Under the pieces are notes generated by a model. The model ran no database searches. It was not told the origin of the DNA and was given only the letters and a program-made list of their open reading frames with translations. DNA of 38,528 bases from Jimgerdemannia flammicorona (Eukaryota): NCBI GenBank assembly GCA_003990765.1, contig RBNJ01000160.1, positions 1 through 38,528 of the forward strand, in the 5' to 3' direction. Shown here one piece after another: positions 13,360-24,984 of the stretch (its first letter is position 1; every line of letters begins with the position of its first letter). Made by a program: the position numbers and the translations under genes.

Positions 13360-15343
13360 TCAACCATGACGATTTGGTTGGATCTGTGCACTCTGCTCCA
13401 TGGAGCACCAGATCTCGAGCTCGTTATCGGGCTTCGCGAGGTGCTTTGCCACCGTCCAGTCTTCTTCGTCTGAGTGTGGATCGCGACGGGGGGACAAGAC
13501 AAGGCGAGGAAGGAAGTAGAAAAATTTGTGGATGGGAAAGACGGAGATGGCGAGAAGAATATAGACACTTTATAAATGAGAAAAGCAAAGCTGATGACGA
13601 AAGGGCTCTAACCCTCACCCGTCACAACCGACGTGTTCTCATTTCCGTACAAAATAACATCCTAACCAACCCCCACCCCCTTCCACTCTTTCTCTATCTG
13701 CTCTCGGACCTACCAGCGATGAAAACGGTTCTCCCCTTAGCCTCACGATACTTGACGCTCATGTATACAGGGTTATTAATGCGGAACTTGCGCTCCAGGT
13801 GAGCTAGGACGTCGGCAAAAGTAACGGATCCCGGGAGAATCAGGACGCGCGTGTCGTGCTGAAAGTTGCAAACAATGCGGAGCTACCGTGTAATGTGGGT
13901 GTGATCATTAGCAAATGAATCGAAATCGTAAAATCAGTTTCCTTCCCACCACCACACCCGCCGACCCACCCCATAAACCCACCATCTGCGGCAAATGCCT
14001 GCTCAACAAGACATCCAAGTTTGTCCCCTGCACCATCGGCGTCCCATCCGCACCGGCACCCGCAAGGGCTCCCTCATCTACCTCCTTACTCCTGACCGCA
14101 AAATACTTCAACGCGGCAGCCATAAGCCCAGAGCTCTGGCCTCCTTGCACATCCTGATTCGCTCCCCCCGCACTAGTAGTTGCAACCACATCGGCGGCCC
14201 CAAATAACCCGGCGCTGGTCCCGCCGACACTACCGACGGGTCTGGTAACAAACGGGCTAGTCTGGTCGAACACGGGGGCGGACGGGTAGGCGTCGAAGAT
14301 GGAGCTCGTGCTAGGCAGGGGAAGTGACTGAGGCGCAGTGCTAGAATTCGAGAGTGTACGGATTGGTTGGCCCTGCGCGAGATTGGAGAGAGACACTGTC
14401 AACGACTCCGTGGCGGGGAAGGCGGCGGGTGTAAAAGGATCGAGCGCAAACGATCTTCTCGATTGCGTCGGCATTCCATTTCCATTTCCATTCCCCATTC
14501 CATTCCCATTACCCAACCCCGAAGATTCAATCCTGGGTGTACTCATTCCTAAGTTAGTCGTGGGGGGTGGTGTGGTGGTTCCGGTTCCGGTCGCGCGACG
14601 CGGATTGACGACGAGCCGGTCGAGGTCGGAGGACACGGTATCCATCTCCATTTGCATGCGGGGCTTGCAGCCAACGGCACGGGCCATGGCGCGGTCGAGG
14701 GCTTCGAGGCGGAGCGCAGCTGTGACGTCTGAGAGATGAAGAGTAATATCTTGGGCTGTGTAGATTTGGCCGCGTGTCGGGTCTGTGTCGGTCATGTGGT
14801 GGGGGCGGGGGGTCGTGTGCGTAGTGGGTCCGAACTGGGAGGTGGATGTAATGAAGATGGAGTATAGAGACGCAATAGTTGAGGATTTTTCATGGAGGTA
14901 AATAACTGAGGGGTACCTTCAGTGACCTGATACCCAACGGGGGAGGGTGAAGTTGCAGCACCAAGCAGTTGTCCTGCCTGTAACGGAAGAAAAAAATAAG
15001 CATAAAGAATATATATAATGGCCCATTGAGGGCATTACATTTTACCTATTCACCAATAATCATATAGTTTCTTTCATTCTTTTCCACCTCCTCCCCTCCC
15101 CCCTCCCTCCCAACATTTTTCTGTGACTATTCCAGTCTTTAAGCTCGCAGAACACGTGACCAACAAGTCTAATATACGCCACCTTTGGTAATTCGATAGG
15201 GCCTCGAAGCAGAGTGACAACTCCTTCTCGCCAATGTAGATGGAGAAGGACTTGTTCTCCCAGCGTGGGACAAAGTTCAGACCGGAGCCTTGCCTGTTGA
15301 AGTGGCCGATAGTGACCTGGGTCAGTGGGATCTCGGTCGGCAT
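13360..15343 (-). CDS. ~450-aa protein with a globular N-terminal domain (possibly PH-like), a low-complexity S/T/P/G linker and a C-terminal PB1 domain; exons 15343-15183, 14977-14917, 14834-13983, 13882-13714, 13469-13360
   Basis: Four GT-AG introns give one continuous frame. The C-terminus LRIVCNFQHDTRVLILPGSVTFADVLAHLERKF...SVKYREAKGRTVFIADEEDWTVAKHLAKPDNELEIWC fits the PB1 pattern. Branch site GCTAAT in intron 3. Confidence 0.8.
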
Positions 15344-15597
15344 GGTGGAGTGGAGTGCGTGAAGTGGTTGGGTACTGGCGAGGGTTCGGAGGGGTAAGGT
15401 TCGTTGGGGAGCTGCGAGTTTCGGTGGGGTAATGTCGTTAAATGACCCAGGGGTAGGGAGTTAGGAATGTTCTTGCACGAGATCCAAAGAATATGAACGT
15501 CAGCACAGTTCTCCAACCTCGAGCTATCTTGTCGTATGTTTCAGGCAGAAAGTCAGGTCCCTTCCCCCGAGCGGACCTGCAACACCTTTTAGCGAGG

Positions 15598-15688
15598 GGC
15601 AGGCGTCGAGCGGTGGCAGGCGTCGAGCGGTGGCTTAACAGTGAGCGGGTGGCTTAACAGTGAGCAGGTGGCTTAACAGTGAGCGAGT
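15598..15688. repeat. Compound minisatellite upstream of the PB1 gene: 17-bp unit x2, then 19-bp unit x3
   Basis: ggcaggcgtcgagcggt x2, then ggcttaacagtgagcRRgt x3. Confidence 0.9.
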
Positions 15689-16808
15689 ATTGGGCGACGC
15701 TAGAAGAGTCGAGCTTAAACCCGGCAAAGGGAATAGAGGTTCGGAGCAGAGAAAGAATATGAGTGTAGGGTAGACTGAAAAAGGGGGAGAACAGGGTCTG
15801 TGGCGGTGGTGTAAAGGGGCAGAAAGGTGGTGGTCCTCTTGATAAGTCAGACACGTGATCCCAGATTTCAAGGCCACGCTGCTTGTGCTTTACATCCATT
15901 GTATATATACCCGTAACTGTGCATCTTTATGACATAATTCAGCCGTCCGTCAAACGTGAAGATAAAGTGCCACAAAACTGTGGGAAATACCCGTGACGGT
16001 GACGGCCAGATTCTGAGAATCCGCCATTCTTTCCCATTTTTTTAGTACTCTAACAAGTGGAACACGAGATACACTTATGGCCATAGCTAGAGTATTCTTT
16101 TTGTATGCTCACAGGCTTGACTTGGCACGCGTGATCAAACCGCTGTGGCAATTTATACCAATCGTCTGCAGACCAAGTATTAAAAAAAAAAAATGTGACA
16201 ACGTCCCATCATGACAATCTAAACACAACGTATTCATGTCCTCAACCTCATACACTGAAAGCCTTGGAACGTTCAACCTGAACGTTGCGTTTCGCGAGAA
16301 CGTTTGAAACAACGCTTGCCATTGTTTATTCACTCCTATCGCAAAGGTGGTTGACGTCATGGATATTTAGTACGTTTCCGAAGATTTTTTTTTGGGGGGG
16401 GGGTTTCTGTTGTCAAAATTGATCTCTAGTGCCCTAAACGAAACCAATAAATACGAACGACGTGTAAGGACATGTTGACGAATGCAGAAAATTCACCCAT
16501 TCAAACGTTTATTTGAGGTGCTAGTCTTGGATAAGCATTTGGCTTAATGAAGTATGCGGTCGAGTTCGATATCCTTGATTCTAGATTGAATTAGAGTGTT
16601 ACATAAATCTAGCACTTCGCTTTCGTCTAAAAGGGCTCGAACATTAGACATCCGATGATAAACAAGAGAATTTATTGTTGACATTCAATCGCCACTTTGG
16701 CAATAGCATCATTAAAAAGAATATAACGGATATGAGAGTAACTGCCCATATAAATGTTAGGAAGGCTCAGAATGTAGACAGTATTCATATTCAAAGCTAC
16801 AAGATAGA

Positions 16809-18333
16809 CTATCCAGATCCGGATCCACATCCAACCACCCTCGATGATGATATCCGATACTTGCATCCTTCACGTAGGGACACAGCAGGGTACACCTTGT
16901 TGGGAAGATTGGTCCAGGCTGTCCCGTAATTGATTCCGTTGATCGAAAGGGCACAGGTATGATCATTTAAATTTAAATGCAAGGTTATGACATCGCCATT
17001 TTGAATACGCTTGCCGTATTTTTTCTTTTTTGTTGCGACCGATATGTGTTGTTCGTCGCTGAAAGACTGGAAAGCCCATGCATACGGCTGTGCTGCCATA
17101 TGTCTATTAAAATATGTGTATTCTTCTCCAACGAGCCCAATTTCGCAGACGCGGTAGCTGCCTTGCGATTCAGTGGATTCAACGACAATATCCCATTCCC
17201 ATAGACCGTTGCGAGCCTTCATTCCTGGGACGGATAGTCGTGCTGTCTGTGGAGAAGCCCCCGATGGAAGTTCCACAACCTGACCATCTTCCGAAACGAC
17301 CACTCGAGAACCGATTTTCGATCGATCCCACTGGAAGACATTGTCATCTGCCTTTCCGCGACTTGCGGACGGATGACCTGTAGGGCATATGGTATTCTTG
17401 CAGGCGTGATGGCAAAACGCTATGTAGTGTGGAGAGGTCTCTGCAAACGTGTCGACTGCCTCCACGAGGGTCTTGAGTCGATGTGGGCAGATGAGCGTGA
17501 GGTCAAGGTGGCTCATCATTTTGAGCAGCAAGGCGCGCGAAGCACTATCTCCAAGAGGAACCGTGCCGTCGCACCCCACAACCATATCGTTGATGTCATG
17601 AAAAACCACTCGACGCTCCGAAACCGACGGCGCGTTCGCATTGCGTCCCCATACCCAGTCGACGACGCACAGTAACAGGTCGTGCTCTGGCGTGGAAATA
17701 GTGGTTGCTTCGGCGAGGAGCAGCTCGAGGGCCCCTTCGGAGAGATCCGTCAGCTCACCAATAGCGAGCTTGTGAGAGCGGAAGGGATTGAGGAGCACGT
17801 CATAGAGGTCCTCGTTAGTTTCGCTCCTAGGAATGGCGGCGACGGCTTCGTTGAGAAGCGACGAGGCGACACCAAAATCGGCGAGTTTGTACGTGCGTTC
17901 CACCACCATCTTCATGAGCTTCGGCAGGAGGAGAAAGCTTGCTGCACGGTATATTCCTACCGCAATGGAAATGTTGACGGTATTGTCGATGGTTTCGGTG
18001 TAAATAAAACCGAGGACAATGTGGAGCACTGCGGAGGTGATGTCGTTGAGCACGACGCGTTGAGAGGAACCCTCTTGCATGTTTCCGTACAGCATCGCCT
18101 TGAATACTGGGCATCTTTTAAGAAGCCGCATAAGTTAGGTGTGTGGAAAAACGGCGGACACAGCTCACCTGTGTAGAAAATCAAAACCGGACAAACCTTG
18201 AAGCCAGTACGGCACGGCACGCACCGAGTTCGACACCATCAGCGCAGGCGATGACCACATCGTGGTAGGTTGAATCCTTCCAGATGGAAGCGATGTCGTC
18301 TTTGAGAATAAGACCGCTGTCGTTCATGTTCAT
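16809..18333 (-). CDS. BTB-BACK-SPRY protein, copy 3 (~480 aa; exons 18333-18197, 18114-16809) with an altered C-terminal tail
   Basis: Same motifs and an 82-nt intron at the conserved position. Ends ...CKYRISSSRVVGCGSGSG instead of ...KDHQ/KDRRG. Confidence 0.9.
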
Positions 18334-19217
18334 GAAGGCGAGAGGAATATAGTGAGAATTCCGCTTTGTCTTGTATCTGAATCGTGGCGCAGCGTCGACA
18401 ACAATGAAGGAGCAAACCCATTTTCGCCGAACATTACGTGGCACACAGACCAACCTATTGAACAAATACTTGATGCATTTCTTATGTGCAAATGTCGAGA
18501 TTCCGGTATCATTAATCCGGCACATAAAAAGTGGACAGCATTGAAGAACGTCCAACCCAGCGCATGGCATCACGATGCCACACCCAGGCCCCCAGCGCTG
18601 CAAGTGGATATACATTGATCGCACGGAAAGGTAAAAATACATCATGAGAGTCAGTTGCATAAATTTTTTTGGTTAACACAGTTGATCTCTAGTTCTGCAA
18701 ACGGGGCCAACAACCACAAAGGACATGCCAACGAAGCGAAAGAAATTACCTGTGTGGGCTTAAAATATAAGCTGAGTCCTAATTGTTCAGTCTGTGCAGT
18801 AGTTTGCATGCAAACCAGAATTTCGGCCATTCAAAAATTCATTAGGAATGCTAGTCTTTGTTAAGCGTTTGGTCTGACCAGAACGCTTTCAGCGCTTATG
18901 TGCCAGTGTATTTGAGCTCCGTTTTGAGTGCGACGTTTATGGATTGAATGCATAGTGTAAAAATACTCTAGTGTAGTTCATTTTTATTTAGACATCTACT
19001 CTTAATGACAAACAGTAAAATTAATTATTTAAAATTTAAATTCTGTTTTGCCAACAGTACACAGTTAAGACATAAGTTAAAAATTAATGGATATAGCTAA
19101 AATATGTTCATCAATTCATAAAATATTTGGAAAATACAAAATGGACCTCACTATAGACTGACAATAGTATTCATATTGTTAAGCTAAACATAGATGAACC
19201 ATCGATGACATCATCAT

Positions 19218-20709
19218 TCAACCTCGCCGATCTTTTATCCGATACCTGCATCCTTCAAAAAAGGACACAGCAGGGTACACATTATTGGGGAGATTGCTCC
19301 AGGCTGTCCCGTAATTGACTCCGTTGATCGAAAGAGCACAGGTATGATCATTTAGGTTTAAATGCAAGGTTATAACATCGCCATTTTGAATGCGTGCGCC
19401 GTACTTGTTAGTTTTTTTTCCAACGAATGTAAAGTTTTCGTTGTTGAAGGACTGAAAAGCCCATGCACATTGCTTGGTTGCCATGTAATTTTCAAAATGT
19501 GCGAATTGCTCTCCAACGAGTCCAATTTGGCAGACGCCGGTGGTCTTGTGGGACCCAATGGATTCAACAACAATGTCCCATTCGCATAGGCCGTTGCCAT
19601 TTTTCGTTCCGGGGACGGCTAACCGTGCTGTCTGTATCGAATCCACCGAGAGCTCCACAACCTGGCCATCTTCCGAAACGACCACTTGAGAACCGATTTT
19701 CGATCGATCCCACTGGACATTGTGAGGCGCCTTTCCGCGGCTTTCGGACGGATGACCTGTAGGGCATACGGTGTTCTTGCAGGCATGATGGCAAAACGCC
19801 ATGTAGTGTGGAGAGGTCTCCGCAAGCGCGTCGACTGCCTTCGCAAGGGTCTTGAGTCGATGCGGGCAGATGAGCTTGAGGTCAAAATGGTTCATCATTT
19901 TGAGCAGTAAAGCGCGCGACGTGCCATCTCCAAGTCGGACCGTGCCGCTGCACCCCGCAACCATATCGTTTATGTCATGCATAACAACTCGACGCTCCGA
20001 AGCCGGCGGCGCGTTCTCGTTACGTCCCCAGACCCAGTCGACGACGCACAGCAATAGGTCGTGCTCGGGCGTGGAAAGAGTGGCTGCCTCGGTAAGGAGC
20101 AGTTCGAGGGACTGTTCGGAGAGGTCGTTCAGCTCGCCGATAACGAGCTTGTGAGCGCGGAAGGGTTTAAAGAGCACGTCGTAGAGGTCTTTGTTGGCTT
20201 CGCTCCAGGGGATGGCGGCGATAGCTTCGTTGAGAAGCGATGACGCGACACCGAAGTCCGTGAGGTCGTGCGCACGCTCTAGCACCATCTTCATGAGCTT
20301 CGAGAGGAGAAGAAAGCTTGCCGCGCGGTATATTCCTACCGCAATGGAAATGTCGACAGCGTCATCAATGGTTTCGGTGTGAATAAAGCCGAGGACAATG
20401 TTGAGCACCGCGGAGGTGATATCGTTGAGCACGACGCGCTGAGAGGAACCCTCTCGCATGTTTCCGTACAGCATCGCTTTGAATACCGGGCATCTTTGAG
20501 AGACCGTATAAATTAGGTGTGTGGAAAAACGGCGGACACAACGTAACGGTAAGAAAATAAAACTGGACAAACCTTGAAGCCAGTACGGCACGGCACGCGC
20601 CGAGTTCGACACCGTCAGCACAGACGATGACCACATCGTGGTAGGTTGAGTCCTTCCAGATGGAAGCGATATCGTCTTTGAGACTAAGACCGCTGTCGTT
20701 CATGTTCAT
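19218..20709 (-). CDS. BTB-BACK-SPRY protein, copy 4 (~470 aa; exons 20709-20573, 20493-19218)
   Basis: Same motifs, 79-nt intron at the conserved position, uninterrupted frame. Confidence 0.9.
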
Positions 20710-21244
20710 GAAGGCGAGAGAAGTGTTCTGATTTGAATGGTCGACTTGTAATTTTGGCTGAGAAAGGAATTCCGTTCTGTTTGGTATATAGTATTTGACT
20801 AAGCCTATTTGACTAAGCCTCCGTTGTTACACAACGGTCTCCAAGTCGCGAGATAGACTTCGTCTATCTCTGTATCGTGGCGCAGCGTCGACAAGGTTTT
20901 TGCTGTCAAAGTAACGATGGACGGAGCAAAAAACCGCCATTTTCGCCGAACACTACGCGGCACACTTTTTATACATTTCTTATGTGCAAATGTCGAGATT
21001 CCTGTATCGTTGATTTGGCACATGAAATCGGACTGCATTGAAGAACCTAGGTCTCCAGTGCTAAAGTTGATAAAAATATAATCAGATTTATGAATTTTTT
21101 TTTTTTTTTCCCCAAATTATATCAATATTTAATTATATAACTTATAAAAATATTAAGAAAATACAACATAGACTTCAATACAGACTAATGATATTATCTA
21201 TATTGCTAGACTAAATCCAAACAGATTATCTATGATATAATCAT

Positions 21245-22501
21245 TTAGCCTTGACAACCTTTTATCTGATACTTACATCCTATCATATAAATATAGTAAA
21301 ATACACCATATTGGGGAGATTTTTCCAGACTGTCCCTTGATTGATTCTGTTGATTGAATGAGCACAGATATGGTCATTTATGTTTAAATGCAAAGTTATA
21401 ATATCACCATTTTGAATACGTTTGCCATAATCACGCTCTCCTCTTTTTGCAAACACTCTGTGACTGCAGTTGCTGGACTGGAAAGCCCATGCACATGGTA
21501 ATTATTGAAATGTGTGAATTCCTCTCCCACGAACCCAATCATAGAGATGTCGCCAACGCTTTGTGATCCAATGGATTCAACGACATGTCCCATTCGCATA
21601 GACCGTTGTGAGCCTTCGTTCCGAGAACAGAAAGCCGTGCTGTCTGTCTTGTCCGTGGCGAAATTCCTCCACAACTTGACCATCTTCCGAAACGACTACT
21701 TGAGAACCGATTTTCGATCGATCCCACTGGAGACTAGCATCGTGACGCGCCTTTCCGCGACGTAGGGCACGCGGTGCAAGATGGCAAAACACCATAGAGG
21801 TCCACAAACGTGTCGACTGCCTCCACGAGGGTCTTGAATCGATGTGGGCAGACGAGCGTGAGGTCAAAGTCATCATTTTGAGCAGCAAGGCGCGCGACGT
21901 ACCATCTCCAAACCGAATCGTGCCGTCGCACCCTGCAACCATATCGTTAATGTCATGCAAAACTACACGGCGTTCCGAAGCCGACGGCGCGTTCTCGTTA
22001 CGTCCAAAACCCAATCGATGACGCACAGCAACAGGTCGTGCTCGAGGGCCGACACCAAAATCGGCGAGGTCGTGCGCGCGTTCCACCACCATCTTCATGA
22101 GTTTCGGTAGGAGGAGAAAGCTTGCTGCGCGGTATACTCCTACCGCGATGGAAATTTTGACAGCGTTGTCAATGGTTTCGGTGTGAATGAAGCCGAGGAC
22201 ACCGCGGAGGTGATGTCGTTGAGCACGACACGTTGAGACCTCTCGCATGTTTTCCGTAAAGCATCGCCTGGAAGACTGGGCATCTTTAAGAGACCATATG
22301 AAATTAGGTGTGTGAAAATACGACGGACACAACTAAACTGTGTAAGAAACTTAAAATCGGTCACCTTGAAGCCAGTACGGCGCGGCACGCACCGAGCTCG
22401 ACACCGCCAGCGCAGACGATGATCACATCGTGGTAGGTTGGGTCCATTCAGATAGAGGCGATGTCGTCCTTGGGACTAAGACTACTTTCGATCATGTCCA
22501 T
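21245..22501 (-). pseudogene. BTB-BACK-SPRY pseudogene, copy 5
   Basis: TGG>TGA in exon 1 (~22448), a ~170-180-nt deletion between DFGV and EHDLL (~22045), several frameshifts and a CpG-depleted 3' end. Confidence 0.9.
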
Positions 22502-23404
22502 AAAAGCGAGAGAAATAAAAAGTTCTATTGAGGTGTGAATTCGCCTGTGGAAAGAATCTCTTTCTATCTGAATCGTGGCGCAAAGCATCGTTGCGCAAGA
22601 CCATTGCGCATGCTCGCCGATCGCAAGTCACAACAGCAAGACCCTTTATACAAAAACTTCTAGGTAATCCGAAAGTCCACTATCCTTAGCACGCAATTGA
22701 CGACCGAACTATATGATGAACGACTTAGGTGCAAAATGTCAGGATGCCAGCATCGCCGATCCAGCACATGGAAAGGGGGGACCTTTATAGAGCATCCAAC
22801 GCAACGCCTAGGCCTTCAGCACTGCATATTGTCCGTGTAGGCAATGCAGATAATAAAATTGCACACACTTCACGTCATTTTGAATATCAGTTACATGAAA
22901 CTTTTTAACAGCTTCAACGGAACTAACAACTACAAATTATGTGCAAGGATCATGTTGACAAAGAGAAAGAGATGGCATCTATATGTTGAAAATTTAAGCT
23001 GAAATCTCAGAGTTCCCAATTACCAAATCTACTCAATAGAACGCCTGGAGGACGGAATTTCGACCATTAAAGGTTCTTGTCTTGGCTAACATTGTGCCGC
23101 TTTCAGAACCTATAGGTCAGGATAATTGAACTGCATGAAATGTAAACCTGATTATGGATTGAATATATAAGCCTGGTGCAGTTATATATCTCATTATGAA
23201 ATTCAAAAGTTTATCATGATAACATTTAATCATTATTTTGTCGACAGAACTACTTATGCTGAATATATAAGATATGTCAGATATATATGACTATACTGCT
23301 CACAAAATGTTAGGACAACCATAATAGACTTTTTTTTAATACAAAACAATGAAAGTATTTATAATACTAAGCTAGAAGCGATAAACAATTCATGATCCCA
23401 TAAT

Positions 23405-24902
23405 TCAGCCACGATGATCTTTTATGCGATATTTGCACTGTGCATATAAAGTCACAGCAGGATATACCTTGTCGGGGAGATTTGTCCAGGCTGTCCCGTA
23501 ATTGATTCCGTTGATCGAAAGGGCACAGCTATGCTCATTTAGGTTTAAATGCAAGGTTATGACGTCTCCGTTTTGAATACGTTTACCGTATTTGACAGTC
23601 TTTAATCCGACCAATGTACGTTGCTCGTCGTTGAAGGACTGGAAAGCCCATGCATACGGCCGGGTTGACATGTAACTATCAAAATGTGTGAATTCTTCTC
23701 CAACGAGTCCAATCTCGCAGACGCCGTAGTTCCTGTGGGACCCAATGGATTCAGCGACAATATCCCATTCGCATATATCGCTGTGAACCTTTGTTCCGGG
23801 AACGGAAAGCCGTACGGTCTGTTTCGGTGCCCTCAATGGACGCTCCACAACCTGGCCATTTTCCGTAACAATCAATTGAGAACCGATTTTTGATCGATCC
23901 CACTGGAGACTGGCCTTTCCGCGACTTGCGGACGGATGACCCGTAGAGCATACAGTGTTCTTGCAGGCGTGATGACAAAACGCCATGTAGTGTGGAGAGG
24001 TCTCCACAAACGTGTCGACTGCCTCCGCGAGGGTCTTGAGTCGATGCGGGCAGATAAGCGTGAGATCAAAGTGGCTCATCATTTTGAGCAGCAAAGCGCG
24101 CGATGCGCCATCTCCAAGCCGGACCATGCCGTCGCACCCAGCAACCATGTCGTTAATGTCATGTAAAACAGCATGACGCTCCAAAGCCGATGGCGCGTTC
24201 TCGTTGCGTCCCCAAACCCAGTCGACGACGCACAGTAACAGGTCGTGCTCGGGCGTGGAAAGAGTGGCTGCCTCGGCGAGGAGCAGTTCGAGGGCCTCTT
24301 CGGAGAGATCGTTCAGCTCACCAATGGCGAGCTTGTGAGCGCCGAAGAGATTGAGGAGCACGTCGTAGAGGTCTTTGTTAGTTTCGCTCCAGGGGATGGC
24401 GGCGACGGCTTCGTTGAGAAGCGATGAGGCGACACCAAAATCAGCGAGGTCGTGCGCGCGCTCCAGCACCATCTTCATGAGCTTCGGGAGAAGGAGGAAG
24501 CTTGCTGCGCGATATATTTCTATTGCAATGGAAATGTTGACAGCGTCGTCAATGGTTTCGGTGTGGATGAAACCGAGGACAACGTTAAGCACCGCGGAGG
24601 TGATGTCGTTGAAGACGACGCGTTGAGAGAACCCCTCTCGCATGTTTCCATACAGCATCGCCTTAAAGACTGGGCATCTTTCAAGAGGCCAAATGAAATT
24701 AGGTATGTGGAAAGTGTATAAAGAAGTATGGACACAACTAAACTGTGTAAGAAAATTGAAATAGTACGAACCTTGAAGCCATTACGGCACGACATGCGCC
24801 TAGCTCGACACCGTCAGCACAGACGATGGTCACATCGTGGTAGGTTGGGTCCTTCCAGATGGAGGCGATATCGTCCCTGAGACTAAGCCCGCTGTCAATC
24901 AT
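23405..24902 (-). CDS. BTB-BACK-SPRY protein, copy 6 (~467 aa; exons 24902-24772, 24677-23405)
   Basis: Same motifs, 94-nt intron at the conserved position, uninterrupted frame. Confidence 0.9.
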
Positions 24903-24970
24903 GTTCGTGAAAGTGAGAAAATAGAGTTGTTTAGGTATGATTTCGGCTGCGGAAACTGGTTTGTATACCT

Positions 24971-24984
24971 GAATCGTGGCGCAG
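24971..24984. promoter_or_regulatory. Conserved upstream motif GAATCGTGGCGCAG (plus-strand reading), also at 9874, 12161, 18379, 20872 and 22570
   Basis: Present with at most one mismatch 45-165 bp upstream of the ATG of all six copies, while the flanking sequence diverges. Confidence 0.6.

Noticed and set aside
13224..13802. 192-aa plus-strand ORF
   Set aside because: It runs through a T homopolymer and lies antisense to the intron and exons of the PB1 gene; no recognisable domain.
18181..18660. Long N-terminal extensions given by the ORF track for BTB exon 1 (also 24738..25004)
   Set aside because: Not conserved between paralogues; homology starts at the M(N/V/I)...SGL ATG.
8573..24795. 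Many short overlapping or antisense ORFs recurring in each BTB-SPRY copy
   Set aside because: Alternate-frame by-products of GC-rich duplicated coding sequence; their starts and stops differ between copies.
1173..24902. Diversity-generating retroelement (RT next to genes with variable C-termini)
   Set aside because: The RT is a LINE ORF2 with an APE domain. There is no template repeat, and differences between paralogues include indels and are not restricted to adenines.
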